From Bacteriovorax sp. (lineage in GTDB: Bacteria > Bdellovibrionota > Bacteriovoracia > Bacteriovoracales > Bacteriovoracaceae), in contig JACMNL010000040.1 of NCBI GenBank assembly GCA_014378525.1, positions 548 through 64,547 on the forward strand: a stretch of DNA of 64,000 bases. Reading direction: 5' to 3'. Position 1 is the stretch's first letter; every line of letters begins with the position of its first letter. The position numbers and the translations under genes are program-made. Below are positions 1-10,149 of the stretch, one piece after another. The notes under the pieces are model-generated. The model worked only from the letters and a program-made list of their open reading frames with translations, was not told the DNA's origin and did not search any database.

Positions 1-1913
1 TTATCCCGCGTCTTACTGCCCTTTTCTGCTTTTTTGAAATCAACATCCAGTTCTGAGGAATGAACTCCTTCTGCATGCTCATCCTGCTCAGCTCGTCCAG
101 TTCGCCTTGATACTGAAGTAACTTCTGGAACACTTAAAATAAGCTCCTCTGCCTTTTGTCCAATCTTATTAGATTCTGTAAGGGAAATTCCAGGCTGACT
201 TAATAATCCGATCACTGCAGTCCCTTCATTAAACTTAGGTAAAAAATCTTTCCCTAAATGAGGAACAAGACTTAAAGAAAAAATAAAAAGAAGCCCAACA
301 ATTGAAAGTAACAAATAAGGTCGATCGAGAGTTTTCTCAAGAATTTTCTGGTCATATTTTTTTAAAAATCTTACTAAAAATCCATCCGGTTTCTCAAGAA
401 CTTCTGATTTCCCCAGAAGCAATGAACAAAGTACCGGTGTAACCGTAAGGGAAATAAATAAGGAAGCAATTAAAGAAACGATATATGAAATCCCCAACGG
501 GATAAATAATCGTCCTTCCAGGCCTCCAAGAAAAAATAATGGCAGGAAAACCAGTACAACTATGATGGTTGCAAATACAATTGAATTTCTCACTTCTGAG
601 GATGCTTCAAAAATAATTACCAGAGAAGATTTTTTCACTGGTGCATGACTATTTTCTTTAAGCCGTCTTAAAACATTTTCAACATCCACAATTGCATCAT
701 CTACAAGTTCTCCAATCGCAATGGCCAGACCCCCCAGAGTCATTGTGTTAATTGAAAGCCCAAACATTTTCAAAATGATAAATGTGGCCACAAATGAAAG
801 TGGGATCGCAGTCAAAGTAATCAAGGTCGTTCTAAAGTTCATTAAAAATAGAACCAGGACAATAATAATAAAAATACCGGCATCCCTTAACGCCTCTTCT
901 ACGTTGGAAATGGAATTTTTGATAAAATCGGCCTGCTTAAAAAGATGTCCATGAAGTTTCATTCCTTTCGGCAAAGTCGTTTCAATACTTTTTAAAACGA
1001 CATCAATCTTTTCTGTAAGCTCAATCGTGCTTGCCCCCGGCTGTTTCATAATACTCAGAATCACTCCAGGTTTAGCATTTATGCCTGCATCACCTCTTTT
1101 TATCTGGGAATCAACTTCAACTTTGGCAATATCTTTAACTAAAACAGGTTTTCCTAAATGTTTTCCAACGGCCGTATTTTCGATATCGCTGATATTTTCG
1201 GCCCTGGCCAGATTTCGTACCAGGTACTCCTGACCTTCTTTATCCAAATAACCACCGGTAGTATTCTGACTTAGTAGGTTTAAATTTTTTTCAACTTCTT
1301 CCAGATTCAATTGATAAAAATTCAACTTGCTCGCAGAAATTTTTATTTGATATTGTTTAACTCCACCACCAATTGAAATAACTTGTGAAACCCCGGAAAT
1401 ACTTAAAAGTCTCGGCCTGATAACCCAGTCTGCATAAGTTCTAAGGTCAATAGGATTTAATTCAGAATTATTTTCGAGCGATAATCCGATAAGCTGAATT
1501 TCTCCCATGATCGAAGAGATCGGACCCATTATAGGATTGGCCATTTTAGGTATTTGTTCTTTTGTTTCAATTAATTTTTCTGAAACCAACTGGCGATTTT
1601 TGAACACATCAGTTCCCCAGTCGAATTCAACATAGATAACAGAAAGTCCAACTCCAGATGTTGAGCGAACTCTATTAACACCAGGAAGTCCATTGAGAGC
1701 ATTTTCCAGTGGCAGTGTGATAAGTGTTTCTACTTCTTCAGGGGCCATTCCTTCAGCTTCAGTCATGATATTCACAGTCGGTCTGTTGAGATCAGGAAAT
1801 ACATCAACAGGAAGCTTCGTAAGAATGAAACCACCATAAATTAATATCACAACAGATAAAGCAACAACGAAAAGCCTGTTTTTCAAAGAAAATTTGATTA
1901 TATGATTGAGCAT
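1..1913 (-). CDS. CusA/CzcA-family heavy-metal efflux RND transporter (partial; runs off the window's left edge)
   Basis: Absent from the ORF track because no stop lies in the window. Manual translation from ATG 1913 gives MLNHIIKFSLKNRLFVV...LPVDVFPDLNRPTVNIMTEAEGMAPEEVE...GGLAIAIGELVDDAIVDVENV, the HME-RND signature. The frame is open to base 1. Confidence 0.93.
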   Translation of the reverse strand, partial: MLNHIIKFSLKNRLFVVALSVVILIYGGFILTKLPVDVFPDLNRPTVNIMTEAEGMAPEEVETLITLPLENALNGLPGVNRVRSTSGVGLSVIYVEFDWGTDVFKNRQLVSEKLIETKEQIPKMANPIMGPISSIMGEIQLIGLSLENNSELNPIDLRTYADWVIRPRLLSISGVSQVISIGGGVKQYQIKISASKLNFYQLNLEEVEKNLNLLSQNTTGGYLDKEGQEYLVRNLARAENISDIENTAVGKHLGKPVLVKDIAKVEVDSQIKRGDAGINAKPGVILSIMKQPGASTIELTEKIDVVLKSIETTLPKGMKLHGHLFKQADFIKNSISNVEEALRDAGIFIIIVLVLFLMNFRTTLITLTAIPLSFVATFIILKMFGLSINTMTLGGLAIAIGELVDDAIVDVENVLRRLKENSHAPVKKSSLVIIFEASSEVRNSIVFATIIVVLVFLPLFFLGGLEGRLFIPLGISYIVSLIASLFISLTVTPVLCSLLLGKSEVLEKPDGFLVRFLKKYDQKILEKTLDRPYLLLSIVGLLFIFSLSLVPHLGKDFLPKFNEGTAVIGLLSQPGISLTESNKIGQKAEELILSVPEVTSVSRRTGRAEQDEHAEGVHSSELDVDFKKAEKGSKTRD

Positions 1914-1926
1914 TTTGTCCTAAATG

Positions 1927-2262
1927 TTATTGATGTCTGCTTATTAATTTTATTAACTCTTCGACTTTTTCAGAAGCAAGTTTTTCATCTTTATGCTTAA
2001 CCGCTTCACTGACGCAACTATCAATATGTCTTTTGAGAATAGATTGCTCAACAGAGTACAAAGCAGATTTTGCAGCCCGTACCTGAATCAAAATATCCGG
2101 GCAATAAAGTCTTTGGTCGATCATACCAATAATCGCTCCAATTTGTCCTTTTGCCTTATTTAGTTTTATTTTTTCTTTCTTATGATCGGGATGTTGACCT
2201 TCTTCATGACAATGAAGTTTTGGGGGCATTTTCTTAACAATCTTTTTTTTATGAGTCGTCAC
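1927..2262 (-). CDS. csoR: CsoR/RcnR-family metal-sensing transcriptional repressor
   Basis: LNKAKGQIGAIIGMI..YCPDILIQVRAAKSAL..ILKRHIDSCV keeps the Cys-His-Cys ligand set. His-rich N-terminal extension. GTG start; alternative ATG at 2229. Confidence 0.88.
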   Translation of the reverse strand: MTTHKKKIVKKMPPKLHCHEEGQHPDHKKEKIKLNKAKGQIGAIIGMIDQRLYCPDILIQVRAAKSALYSVEQSILKRHIDSCVSEAVKHKDEKLASEKVEELIKLISRHQ

Positions 2263-2432
2263 AGATAACCCCTGTCATACGTATACCAAATTAAGGTATA
2301 AGATTATAAATTAACCTTACCCCACAGAGGTTTAACTTTTATATCGGGAATACGGTAATAAGGTGGTTATTGTGACATTGACGGGAACTTACCAGCTAGA
2401 ACATGTTCCCAGGAGATTAAGTCGCCGTTTTA

Positions 2433-2801
2433 CTACATTTTCATATCATTTGAATCTTTCATCATCTTATGGCAGTCATTTTCATCCATTTTCATCTGAC
2501 ATTTATCCAAAGTATTTTTGTTGCATAAGGTTTTATCTTTATGAATCTTCATGCAATCTTTCATCATGATATTCATTTTTTTCATTTCGCCCTTATCCAT
2601 TGTTCCGTCTTTACCTGTCACTTCCATCCCGTTCATTTCCTTGCTGTCCATTTTCATTTCATTATTTTTTTCACTCACAATTTTTGTTTCAGCATGGTGA
2701 ACTTCGTGGGAATCATTGATCGCTTGAGCATAAGAATAACTCAAGGTCATAGAACTAATTAATAAAGCAAAAGATATTTTTGATATAAATTTAGATTTCA
2801 T
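2433..2801 (-). CDS. Exported Met/His/Cys-rich protein, putative periplasmic copper-binding protein
   Basis: Start moved to ATG 2801 (AGAGGA RBS). Signal peptide MKSKFISKISFALLISSMTLSYSYA. Mature part has 16 Met, 5 His and 4 Cys. Divergent from copA. Confidence 0.65.
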   Translation of the reverse strand: MKSKFISKISFALLISSMTLSYSYAQAINDSHEVHHAETKIVSEKNNEMKMDSKEMNGMEVTGKDGTMDKGEMKKMNIMMKDCMKIHKDKTLCNKNTLDKCQMKMDENDCHKMMKDSNDMKM

Positions 2802-2950
2802 AATAATTCCTCTCTTCGTTAATAAATTATCAGACATGACATATGCAAATAATAAGAGCAAATTTAGACAAGCTCCATGATTCAGATCATGTTTCTATTG
2901 AATTAAAAAAATTAAAATTATTAATAGTTACTTATTCAAAAGGACGCCAA

Positions 2951-5071
2951 TTGGAAAAAAATATTGAGTACACTTGTCCAATGCACCCGAAAGTCAGACA
3001 ACTCGGTCCAGGCAATTGCCCTATATGTGGAATGAATCTAGAGCCGGTTGAGATTAATCTTAACGAAGAAGAAAATACTGAATATCATTTAATGTTTAAA
3101 CGATTTTTAATAAGTGCTGCCCTTTCCCTGCCACTTCTATTTATTACGATGGGTGGAAGAAACTTCATTCATCAAGAAAGTATTATTCCATATCTAAAGT
3201 GGATAGAGCTGCTTATTGCAACACCTGTCGTTCTATGGGGAGGCTGGCCATTCTTCTTGAAGTTTTGGCAATCATTAAAAAATAAAAATTTAAATATGTT
3301 CACATTAATCGGCCTTGGAACAGGGGTCGCATATGGATACAGTCTTGTGGCCGTACTTTTTCCACAACTTTTTCCAGACTCGTTTAAAGATTCAATGACT
3401 GGAGAAGTAGGTTTATATTTTGAAGCGTCTTCTGTTATCGTAACACTTATCTTACTTGGACAAGTATTGGAATTGAAGGCCCGTGGACAAACAAGTGCAG
3501 CAATCAAGGCCCTGCTCGGTCTTTCGCCAAAAACTGCGAAAAGAATTAATGCTGATAATACCGAAATAGATATACCTCTCGAACAGGTTGTCCAGAATGA
3601 TCGACTTCGTGTTAGACCGGGTGAAAAAATACCAGTTGATGGTGTTGTTATGGATGGCAATTCATCTGTTGATGAATCTATGATTTCCGGTGAATCCTTA
3701 CCAATTGAAAAAATTGTTGGCTCAAAAGTTATAGGGGCTACTATTAATGCCACCGGCACGTTTATCATGAAGGCCGAAAAAGTTGGTAAAGACACTTTAT
3801 TATCACAGATTGTTCAAATGGTTTCTGAAGCCCAAAGATCAAGAGCACCTATTCAAAAACTTGTGGATGTTGTTGCAGGATATTTTGTTCCCATAGTTAT
3901 TTTAATTTCAATCATCACAGCAATTACCTGGTCGATTTTTGGTCCCGATCCAAAACTTGCTCACGCTATCGTTAACGCCGTTGCCGTTTTAATTATCGCT
4001 TGCCCCTGCGCTCTTGGACTAGCTACCCCGATGTCTATTATGGTTGCGACTGGAAGGGCAGCGACGATCGGGATACTTTTTAAGAATGCTGAGGCCATTG
4101 AAGAAATGAGAAAAGTTAATACACTGGTTGTTGATAAAACCGGAACACTCACAGTTGGAAAACCAAAACTTGTCATTATAAAAAGTGCTGGGGTCATAAG
4201 TGAGAATGAACTTCTCTCTTTTGCTGCCAGTCTAGAAAAAGTGAGTGAGCATCCCCTCGCTCTTGCCATTGTCGATGGAGCGAAAGAAAGAAATATAAGC
4301 CTAGTTGAGGTTACAAATTTTTCATCTGTAACTGGTAAAGGTATTCAGGCAAATTATCAGACAAAAATAATTGCAATCGGAAATAGAGCGATGATGGATG
4401 ATCTATCTGTTGATTATAAAAACTTTGATAAAGAAATGGATATATTACGTGAGGATGGACTTACAGTTATGTTTGTGGCCGTAGATAATCAACTTGCGGG
4501 CTTTATTGGAGTCGCTGATCCAATTAAAGATACAGCGCCTGTCGCAATCAAAGCACTTCAAAATCTAGGAATAAAAGTTGTAATGATCACAGGCGATAAT
4601 ATTAAAACGGCTCAAGCTGTAGCAAAAAAAGTTGGTGTAGATGCATTCCATGCAGATGTTTTACCTCAAATGAAAGCAGAATTAGTAAAAGAGATGCAAA
4701 AAGAAGGAAGATTTGTTGCGATGGCCGGAGATGGTATCAACGATGCTCCTGCTCTGGCCCAGGCACAAGTAGGCATTGCAATGGGAACCGGTACAGATGT
4801 CGCCATGAATAGTGCAGGTATTACTCTCGTAAAGGGTGATCTTATGGGAATTCTAAAAGCACGAGCTTTGAGTGAAAAAACGCTTACAAACATCAAGCAA
4901 AATCTTTTTTTTGCTTTTATCTACAATATCGTCGGAGTTCCACTGGCCGCTGGTGTTTTATATCCATTTTTTGGAATACTCTTAAGTCCAATCATTGCTG
5001 CTGCAGCAATGAGTTTGAGTTCAATATCTGTTGTCTTCAATGCTCTACGATTAAAACATTTAAAAATATGA
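2951..5071 (+). CDS. copA: Copper-translocating P1B-type ATPase
   Basis: YTCPMHP..CPICGM metal-binding domain, TGES-like [31 protein letters not shown] and MSLSS motifs. Likely start is TTG 2951 after AGGA; the ORF track starts at 2843. Confidence 0.95.
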   Translation: MEKNIEYTCPMHPKVRQLGPGNCPICGMNLEPVEINLNEEENTEYHLMFKRFLISAALSLPLLFITMGGRNFIHQESIIPYLKWIELLIATPVVLWGGWPFFLKFWQSLKNKNLNMFTLIGLGTGVAYGYSLVAVLFPQLFPDSFKDSMTGEVGLYFEASSVIVTLILLGQVLELKARGQTSAAIKALLGLSPKTAKRINADNTEIDIPLEQVVQNDRLRVRPGEKIPVDGVVMDGNSSVDESMISGESLPIEKIVGSKVIGATINATGTFIMKAEKVGKDTLLSQIVQMVSEAQRSRAPIQKLVDVVAGYFVPIVILISIITAITWSIFGPDPKLAHAIVNAVAVLIIACPCALGLATPMSIMVATGRAATIGILFKNAEAIEEMRKVNTLVVDKTGTLTVGKPKLVIIKSAGVISENELLSFAASLEKVSEHPLALAIVDGAKERNISLVEVTNFSSVTGKGIQANYQTKIIAIGNRAMMDDLSVDYKNFDKEMDILREDGLTVMFVAVDNQLAGFIGVADPIKDTAPVAIKALQNLGIKVVMITGDNIKTAQAVAKKVGVDAFHADVLPQMKAELVKEMQKEGRFVAMAGDGINDAPALAQAQVGIAMGTGTDVAMNSAGITLVKGDLMGILKARALSEKTLTNIKQNLFFAFIYNIVGVPLAAGVLYPFFGILLSPIIAAAAMSLSSISVVFNALRLKHLKI

Positions 5072-5240
5072 AAGTTGTCGCATATCTAATATGTTAACTA
5101 AAAACGAATAATGCACACATGGGAAAAATTATTTTTCCACTTTAAATTTAAATTTCATATAGATGATCTATATCATTCAATTTAATTCATTATTAAACTA
5201 TCCTGTTAAAAGTTCTCTTATAATTTACGAAGGAGTTTTA

Positions 5241-5597
5241 ATGAATTCGATCTATAAAGTGTTTGCATTTCTTTTAATCACAAATCTTGTCAGCTGTGCT
5301 TCACATTCAACAATGAGAGGAAGTGTAGCAATGAAAATCAGTGATACAGAAGCACATGTATGTTTAGGAAATACTGAAGTTAAGGTTGGGGACATAATCA
5401 ATGCATATAAAAATGTTTGCTCAAATTTAAGTTCAAATGTGATTAATAAGAATAGCAGAGCTTCGGAATTAGCTCCTTGTAAAAAAGTAAAAATTGGTTC
5501 TGGCAAAATTACTAGTTTAATTAATGATCATTATTCAGTTGTAAAATTCGATAATGTTGTAGATTTTAATGAAGGTACAATTATCGAGAAGCAATAA
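5241..5597 (+). CDS. Hypothetical lipoprotein
   Basis: ATG 5241 after AGGAG; lipobox LVSC; beta-rich, with 3 further Cys; directly downstream of copA. Confidence 0.7.
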   Translation: MNSIYKVFAFLLITNLVSCASHSTMRGSVAMKISDTEAHVCLGNTEVKVGDIINAYKNVCSNLSSNVINKNSRASELAPCKKVKIGSGKITSLINDHYSVVKFDNVVDFNEGTIIEKQ

Positions 5598-5688
5598 TTT
5601 TAAACTAACAGATTCTAACAGGTTCCAATAGACTTTTAATGTACCTAACGCGCATTCGCACTGTGGCCATTTAGTACTTTAAATATCT

Positions 5689-5704
5689 TGGTGCATACTT
5701 TGCA
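5689..5704 (+). promoter_or_regulatory. Candidate sigma54 -24/-12 promoter
   Basis: TGGTGCATACTTTGCA has GG-N10-GC spacing with TTGCA and lies 55 nt before ATG 5760. Confidence 0.4.
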
Positions 5705-5759
5705 TAGTTAAGTTTCTAAACGAAGATTAAATTCATACATTCGTGTTAGGGACTTAAAA

Positions 5760-7436
5760 ATGATCGAAAACAAAAAAAAGACTGTTGCTATTTTTGGTGC
5801 TGGAATATCAGGTTTAACTGTGGCCCATGAATTTTCAAAACGGGGCTATTTAGTAAAAGTTTTTGAAAGTAATTCAGAGGCCGGTGGTTTTTTCAGAAGT
5901 GCCAGAAGAAAAAAAGATAACAATATGCCTTCTGAATATTCATGGCATGGAATGGGCCCCTGGTATCACAATGTTTATTCACTGTTAAAAGAAATTCCCT
6001 TTGATAATGAATCAAGTCTCTATGATCAAATTCTTTCACGTCCAATTGATTTTGGGCTTGCCGGCAACTCCGGTCGCACAGAGTTTGATGATTTAAAAGG
6101 TTTGTCAGTTGATGTAAAAAAAATGTTCCGTTTAACGACTAAAGATACCTGGCTCTGGTATTGGATCATGTTTAAGGCCTGGTGTTCAAACAAACGTAGT
6201 TATCAACACTACTCGACTCTTAATGCAAAAAAAGTCTGGGGCAATTTTTTAAGCCCACTAGGTATTAATACCTGGAGTTCGACGTTTGGCCCCTGGGTTG
6301 GTTCGGATTGGTGTAATGTTTCATTTCATCAGGTAGCAAAATTTTTCAAAGCACAATTGACTTCAAAACCATCTCACTTTCACAAGGCTGACGAAGAAGG
6401 TGGCCCCTGGGAACACAAGGCCCGTTCTGGCTGGCTTTTACTTAAAGGCCCAAGTAGCGAAATGTGGTTTGATAAATGGGTTTCATACTTAAAAAAATTA
6501 AATGTCGAATTTAACTGGGATGAAGAATTAATAAAATTGGACTTCGATGGAGTAAATATTCAATCTGCAACCACAGCAACCAATAAAAAAGTAGAAGCAG
6601 ATATTTATGTTATGGCCATTAATCCATTTTTTTTAGCTAATATAATTGATCGCACTAAGGCCTTAGCAAAACTCCCCGAACTCAATTTATTCCGCGGATT
6701 AGTTCAAGATGGCCCTCATGTACAAGTGTCTTTCAGAATAGGTTTCAGTGAACAAATCAAATGGCCACGCAAAAGATGTGGTTTAGTGATTGAAGACTCG
6801 GCCTTTAATCTGACTTTATTTTCTGAAGAGCAAGTTTGGAATAAATCTGTCTTTTTAGGAAAAAATATAAAATCACTTTGGACAGTTACTGCCTGTGTTT
6901 CAAAGATACCAGGACCTGTTCACAAGACTCCGCTTAATAATTGCACCAAGGAGCAATTTATAGATGAAGTTATGTTTCAACTTAAAGAATGTTCAGGTCT
7001 GGATAAATTAATCAAAGAGGCCAATAACGGTAAGAGCTGGACAGAGTATAGAATAGAAGAAGTTGAGGTTTGGCATGAGTGGGTTTTTTCTCCAGAAGGA
7101 ATAAGTTCTCCCCAGCCAAAATGGGTCAATACCACCAATACTCAAAAGTACATGCCGTCCCAGAAAACGACAATTCCAAATCTGGTTTTGGCGGGTGCTC
7201 ATACGAAGACCTCTGTAGATGTCTGGAGTATTGAAGCGGCAGTGGAAAGCGGCAAACTTGCTGCTAAAGTATATGAACCCGAGGTAGAAGTTATTGGCCA
7301 ACACAATCCAGTTTTCTTTAGAGTCATTTCCAGGATTGATGATTTACTTTTTTCATTGATGCTGCCAAATGTCTTAGATCTAATGCTAGTTATTATTTTT
7401 TTAGGATCGTTAATACTTTTATATCACTTACTATAA
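5760..7436 (+). CDS. FAD-dependent oxidoreductase (amine oxidase/carotenoid desaturase-like) with C-terminal TM helix
   Basis: VAIFGAGISGLTVAHE..GYLVKVFE..AGG dinucleotide fold; C-terminal NLVLAGAH..SIEAAVESG motif. Confidence 0.8.
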   Translation: MIENKKKTVAIFGAGISGLTVAHEFSKRGYLVKVFESNSEAGGFFRSARRKKDNNMPSEYSWHGMGPWYHNVYSLLKEIPFDNESSLYDQILSRPIDFGLAGNSGRTEFDDLKGLSVDVKKMFRLTTKDTWLWYWIMFKAWCSNKRSYQHYSTLNAKKVWGNFLSPLGINTWSSTFGPWVGSDWCNVSFHQVAKFFKAQLTSKPSHFHKADEEGGPWEHKARSGWLLLKGPSSEMWFDKWVSYLKKLNVEFNWDEELIKLDFDGVNIQSATTATNKKVEADIYVMAINPFFLANIIDRTKALAKLPELNLFRGLVQDGPHVQVSFRIGFSEQIKWPRKRCGLVIEDSAFNLTLFSEEQVWNKSVFLGKNIKSLWTVTACVSKIPGPVHKTPLNNCTKEQFIDEVMFQLKECSGLDKLIKEANNGKSWTEYRIEEVEVWHEWVFSPEGISSPQPKWVNTTNTQKYMPSQKTTIPNLVLAGAHTKTSVDVWSIEAAVESGKLAAKVYEPEVEVIGQHNPVFFRVISRIDDLLFSLMLPNVLDLMLVIIFLGSLILLYHLL

Positions 7437-7480
7437 TCTTGATTGAATGAGAGTGTTTAATAGACAATCAAAATGCTTCA

Positions 7481-7496
7481 TGGACCTCTTTTTGCA
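7481..7496 (+). promoter_or_regulatory. Candidate sigma54 -24/-12 promoter
   Basis: TGGACCTCTTTTTGCA has the correct spacing and lies 32 nt before ATG 7529. Confidence 0.45.
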
Positions 7497-7528
7497 TTAT
7501 TTATAATAATAAAACCAAGGAGAATATT

Positions 7529-7900
7529 ATGTTAAATCAAGAATCCTCAGCAGAAAAAGATCCTAACCAAAATATAACCATGGATCAATGCATACAGAAC
7601 TGTTTAACTTGTTTTAAAGTGTGTGAGGAATCAATTGCAAAATATATATACCGACCTCAGATCCTGGATACGACCTTATTGGGTCATTTAAAGGCCTGCT
7701 CTGAGATATGTCAGACCTCTGTTAAGTTTATGATTATGGAATCACAATTCCACCCACTCACATGCGGCGTATGCGCGGATGTTTGTAAAGTATGTGCAGA
7801 CAGTTGCGAAGACTTTGATGCGAAAGAATTAAAAGAATGCATTGATGCCTGCAGACGTTGTGCTGAGACTTGTGGAGAAATGTCTAAAATGTCCCACTAA
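7529..7900 (+). CDS. Cysteine-rich four-helix-bundle copper-storage protein (Csp3/DUF326-like)
   Basis: 15 Cys in CxxxC/CxxC repeats (CIQNCLTCFKVC, CGVCADVCKVCADSC, CIDACRRCAETC); no signal peptide; AGGAG RBS. Confidence 0.88.
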   Translation: MLNQESSAEKDPNQNITMDQCIQNCLTCFKVCEESIAKYIYRPQILDTTLLGHLKACSEICQTSVKFMIMESQFHPLTCGVCADVCKVCADSCEDFDAKELKECIDACRRCAETCGEMSKMSH

Positions 7901-8049
7901 TCCCTTATTAGGTTCCACTAGTATAATAATTACCTTTATGACGAATCTTTTCGTGGTATTTTGATCAACAACATTAATCACTTGGATTTTCAGAAAATCC
8001 TGACCGATTCTTAACAATTAACTATTTATAAATTTAGTAAACTATAGCA

Positions 8050-10149
8050 ATGAAATCTACTCCACTAAACTTTAAGCATACGACTTCTAATTTCATCAAT
8101 CGCGAATTGTCCTGGCTGGAATTTAACAGACGAGTCATGTCTCTGGCCCTCGAAGAAAATACACCGATTTTAGAGCGCCTGAAATTTTGTGAAATTTATG
8201 CTTCGAACTTAGATGAATTTTTTATGAAAAGAGTCGGCGGCTTAAAAAACCAGGTTGAATCGAGGCATAAATTTATTTCAGTCGATGGACAGCATCCCCT
8301 TGAACAGTTAGAAAAAATAAAAGATGTTGTTTATGAGTCAAATCTGGAAATGGCAGAAATTTTTCATCAGAAGATTCTACCAGATCTCAAAAATAACGGA
8401 ATCCATTTAATTAAATGGGAAGACCTGAATCAAACTGAAAAAAATGGTCTGAGCCATTATTTTGATAAAAACATATTCCCTATTCTTACTCCGCTTGGAA
8501 TCGATCATAGTCACCCGTTTCCTTTCATATCGAATCTTTCAAAATCACTAGGGATAAGTTTAGTCAAAAAGAAAAAATCCAAATCAGGCCCTGCAAATTT
8601 ATTCGTAAGAATAAAAATCCCTGCCAACATACCTGCCTGGATAAAAGTGACTTCAAAAAATAAAAAGATTGAAAGATTCATTAATGTTGATGAAATTATA
8701 ATTAACAATATAAACCGAATGTTTCCTGACATGAAAATTGTAGACACTGTTATTTTCAGAGTTACACGAAATTCTGACTGGGAAAAGGATGATGAAGATA
8801 CTGAAGATCTAATGGAGCACATTGAAGAAACCATTAAAGAAAGACAATTCGCTCCAGTAGTTCGTCTCGAATACACTGCACAGAAATATGAATGGATTTT
8901 GAAATTTTTGTGTGAACAATTAGAGATTAGCGAAGATGATATGTACCCTATGCCTAGCCTGGTTCATTTAATTAAATTTTCCACAATTCTAAAACTTGAT
9001 CGCCCTGAACTAAAGTATAGTAAATTTACTCCGCCAGCTCCCGAGAGTTTTAGCACAGGTAAAAAGAATCTGTTCAACTCTATAAAAAAAGCAGACCGGT
9101 TATTTCATCATCCCTATGAGAGTTTTACCGACACCGTTGAAAAGTTTATTCGTGCTGCTGCAAATGATCCAAAAGTAGTGGGTATTAAGCTGGCACTTTA
9201 TAGAACAGATTCCCAGAGTAAAATTATCGATGCATTAGTTCATGCAGCAAGGAAAGGTAAACAAGTCGCCTGTGTTATTGAATTACAGGCCAGGTTTGAT
9301 GAACAAAATAATATTCTCATGGCACAGAAACTTGAGAAGGTTGGTATTTATGTCGTTTACGGGATGGAAGATTTAAAAACTCATTCAAAGATGGCACTGG
9401 TAGTAAGGCAGGAAAAGGCCGGACTGAAATCTTATGTTCATATTGGAACTGGAAATTACAACTCCGAAACTTCATTGTTTTATTCTGATCTAAGTTTTTT
9501 TACGGCCAATAAAAAAATTACTTCTGAAGTTATCGAAGTCTTTAATGCACTGACAGGAATCCATACCAACAAAAAAATCAAACATCTTTTATTAGCACCG
9601 ATAAATATGAGAAAAGACTTTTTGAAAATGATCAAAAGAGAAATTGCTCATCAAAGCGCAGGACTTCCTGCAAAAATTATTGCCAAGATGAACAGTCTCG
9701 AAGATGTGGAGATCATCGAACATCTTTATAAGGCCAGTCAGGCAGGTGTTTCGATTCTTCTTATCGTCAGAGGTTTTTGCTGTCTTAAACCAGGCATAAA
9801 AGGTCTGAGTGAAAATATAAAAGTTATTTCGATTGTGGGAAGATTTTTAGAACATTCGAGAATCTACTTCTTTCAAAATGGAAAGTTGAACCCGGAAGAT
9901 GGAGATTACTTTATTGGTTCAGCAGACTGGATGTACCGAAACCTTAATAATCGTTTTGAAGTTATTACTCCAATTGATTCAGCTAAATTAAAGAAGAAGC
10001 TTCATCATATTCTGCAAGTGAACATTGAGGATTTATCAACCTGCTGGGAGTTGAAGAAAAATGGTAAATACATCAGGAAAAAATCCAGACTGGCCCCTGC
10101 AAATATCCTGCTTACGGCCACTCATACAAAATTTATGATGGAAGTTTAA
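8050..10149 (+). CDS. ppk1: Polyphosphate kinase 1
   Basis: FINRELSWLEFNRRV, SNLDEFFMKRV, HPFPFISN, HHPYESF, THSKMALVVR, GRFLEHSRIY, SADWMYRNL. Confidence 0.97.
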   Translation: MKSTPLNFKHTTSNFINRELSWLEFNRRVMSLALEENTPILERLKFCEIYASNLDEFFMKRVGGLKNQVESRHKFISVDGQHPLEQLEKIKDVVYESNLEMAEIFHQKILPDLKNNGIHLIKWEDLNQTEKNGLSHYFDKNIFPILTPLGIDHSHPFPFISNLSKSLGISLVKKKKSKSGPANLFVRIKIPANIPAWIKVTSKNKKIERFINVDEIIINNINRMFPDMKIVDTVIFRVTRNSDWEKDDEDTEDLMEHIEETIKERQFAPVVRLEYTAQKYEWILKFLCEQLEISEDDMYPMPSLVHLIKFSTILKLDRPELKYSKFTPPAPESFSTGKKNLFNSIKKADRLFHHPYESFTDTVEKFIRAAANDPKVVGIKLALYRTDSQSKIIDALVHAARKGKQVACVIELQARFDEQNNILMAQKLEKVGIYVVYGMEDLKTHSKMALVVRQEKAGLKSYVHIGTGNYNSETSLFYSDLSFFTANKKITSEVIEVFNALTGIHTNKKIKHLLLAPINMRKDFLKMIKREIAHQSAGLPAKIIAKMNSLEDVEIIEHLYKASQAGVSILLIVRGFCCLKPGIKGLSENIKVISIVGRFLEHSRIYFFQNGKLNPEDGDYFIGSADWMYRNLNNRFEVITPIDSAKLKKKLHHILQVNIEDLSTCWELKKNGKYIRKKSRLAPANILLTATHTKFMMEV

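Noticed and set aside
721-1233. Plus-strand ORFs 721-954 and 1027-1233
   Set aside because: Antisense shadows of the RND pump gene, which the track missed because it has no stop in the window.
2283-2335. CsoR operator candidates (ATACC-N7-GGTAT; TACCCCACAGAGGTTTA)
   Set aside because: Only partial matches to G/C-tract CsoR operators; too weak to call as a feature.
3172-4896. Minus-strand ORFs inside copA, and similar antisense ORFs inside ppk1, cls, the ABC exporter, thiI, dbpA, LOX and the 59979 gene
   Set aside because: Fully overlapped by confidently identified genes; no RBS or motifs; typical reverse-frame shadows.
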